Below are positions 47,343-48,383 of a stretch of DNA of 48,383 bases, one piece after another. Each line of letters starts with the position of its first letter. Position 1 is the stretch's first letter. The DNA lies in assembly GCA_964607545.1 (NCBI GenBank), contig CAZSLV010000001.1:1-48383 (forward strand), read 5' to 3'. Made by a program: the position numbers and the translations under genes. A model generated the notes under the pieces. The model was not told the origin of the DNA. It was given only the letters and a program-made list of their open reading frames with translations, and made no database searches. This DNA is from an uncultured Gudongella sp. Its GTDB lineage: Bacteria > Bacillota > Clostridia > Tissierellales > Tissierellaceae.

Positions 47343-48270
47343 ATGGATAAAAAAAGTAATCCTAAGAAAAATCCCATGGATAAACCTTTATGAAGCAATT
47401 GAACAGGAAAAATTCCCTAAATGGAAAGTTTATATACAAGTTATGACTGAAGAAGAAGCTGATAATATGGAAAATAATCCCTTTGACCTAACTAAGATGT
47501 GGTTAAAGAAAGACTTCCCTCTTATTCCTGTTGGTGAATTTGAGTTAAATAAAAATCCTGATAATTACTTTGCCCAAATAGAACAAGCAGCCTTTAACCC
47601 AGCAAGTGTAGTTCCAGGTGTAAGTTTTTCTCCTGATAGGATGCTACAAGGTAGATTGTTTTCATATGGTGATGCCCAAAGATATCGTTTAGGTGTAAAC
47701 CACCACCAAATACCAGTGAATTCACCCAAAAATGTAGAGAACCCTCACAGCTTCCACCGTGATGGACAAATGAGAGTAGATGGAAATTTAGGTAGTGAGT
47801 TGCATTATGAGCCAAACAGCTATGGGAATTGGACAGATAATCCACATAATAATGAGCCTATGGAAAAGGGTGGAGATGTTTATAGGTATGACTTTAGGGA
47901 AGATGATAGTGATTACTATACCCAGCCAGGCCTATTATTTAGGGCTATGACGGATGACCAGAAAAAAGTTCTTTTCTATAATACAGCAAGGAACATGGGA
48001 GACTCAACTTTACAAATAAAACACAGGCATATATACAATTGCTATATGGCAGATCCAGAATATGGAAAGGGTGTAGCAGATGCTATGAATATTATGCTTG
48101 ATGATGTAGACTTGAACTTGCCTAAAAAAGATTCACATGAAAATCTTAAAAAAGCTAATAATTTGCATCCAGATTTAAACCTACCAACAGAACCACTAGA
48201 CCCAGGTATGGAAATAGATACAAATAAGTACGATTATATAGAACCTGAAAACGATCCTTGGCTTTTATAA
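47343..48270 (+). pseudogene. katA: monofunctional heme catalase with a large internal deletion
   Basis: RBS GGGAGG and ATG 47343 give [16 protein letters not shown]; from about 47386 another frame reads [17 protein letters not shown]...[14 protein letters not shown] (C-terminal half only); the distal His region is absent. Confidence 0.8.
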
Positions 48271-48285
48271 GACTTTAAGATTTAT

Positions 48286-48328
48286 AATAAAGAAATGGGA
48301 AATAATATTCCATTTCTTTATTTTTTTT
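48286..48328 (+). terminator. terminator after the catalase remnant
   Basis: AATAAAGAAATGG...CCATTTCTTTATT followed by a T run. Confidence 0.8.
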
Positions 48329-48383
48329 GTATATATAATTATTTTTAGGGTAAAATAAAAAAAATAAATAAAGGAGTTGTTTA

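Noticed and set aside
47343-47393. TGA ending [16 protein letters not shown] as a possible Sec codon or programmed frameshift into catalase
   Set aside because: Catalase similarity is in a different frame and half of the enzyme is missing, so recoding could not restore it.

Overview
Low-GC Bacillota (clostridial, plausibly Tissierellia-like) chromosomal window. The left and middle parts are mostly housekeeping: a YabE-like G5/3D cell-wall protein, a glycogen operon (glgBCDAP-pulA), nurA-herA, the conserved yaaO-tmk-darA-holB-yaaT-ferredoxin-yabB-rsmI-abrB block, an AmmeMemoRadiSam pair, rplY, tRNA-Val(GAC), nicotinamidase-like/nadE and a complete Na+-type V/A-ATPase operon. The main result is that three genes are split or hidden in the ORF track by in-frame TGA codons. 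Each TGA is followed 15-16 nt later by a perfect stem-loop with G in the first or second loop position, which fits selenocysteine (Sec) recoding. The three genes are: (1) a membrane-anchored ~456-aa cytochrome c with 11 CxxCH motifs and a GG-U-GAPG motif (44161-45531); (2) a UxxC glutaredoxin (46958-47230); (3) a 95-aa HesB-like 'SG-U-C' protein absent from the ORF track (24165-24452). The cytochrome lies directly downstream of a two-domain rhodanese lipoprotein and upstream of its own System II maturation genes (ccsB/ccsA), with the Sec-glutaredoxin divergent. Together these form a candidate cell-surface sulfur/selenium-reducing selenoprotein module in a Gram-positive anaerobe; the function is inferred, not shown. 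Other notable points: a full-length glycogen phosphorylase homologue that has lost its PLP lysine and other catalytic motifs (candidate pseudoenzyme), a WalR-type box, SigB-type promoters, heptamer-flanked intergenic elements, a probable ATA start for ccsB, and an internally deleted catalase pseudogene. No selA/B/C/D genes, CRISPR array, transposase or integrase are visible in this window. All family assignments come from motif recognition without database searches.
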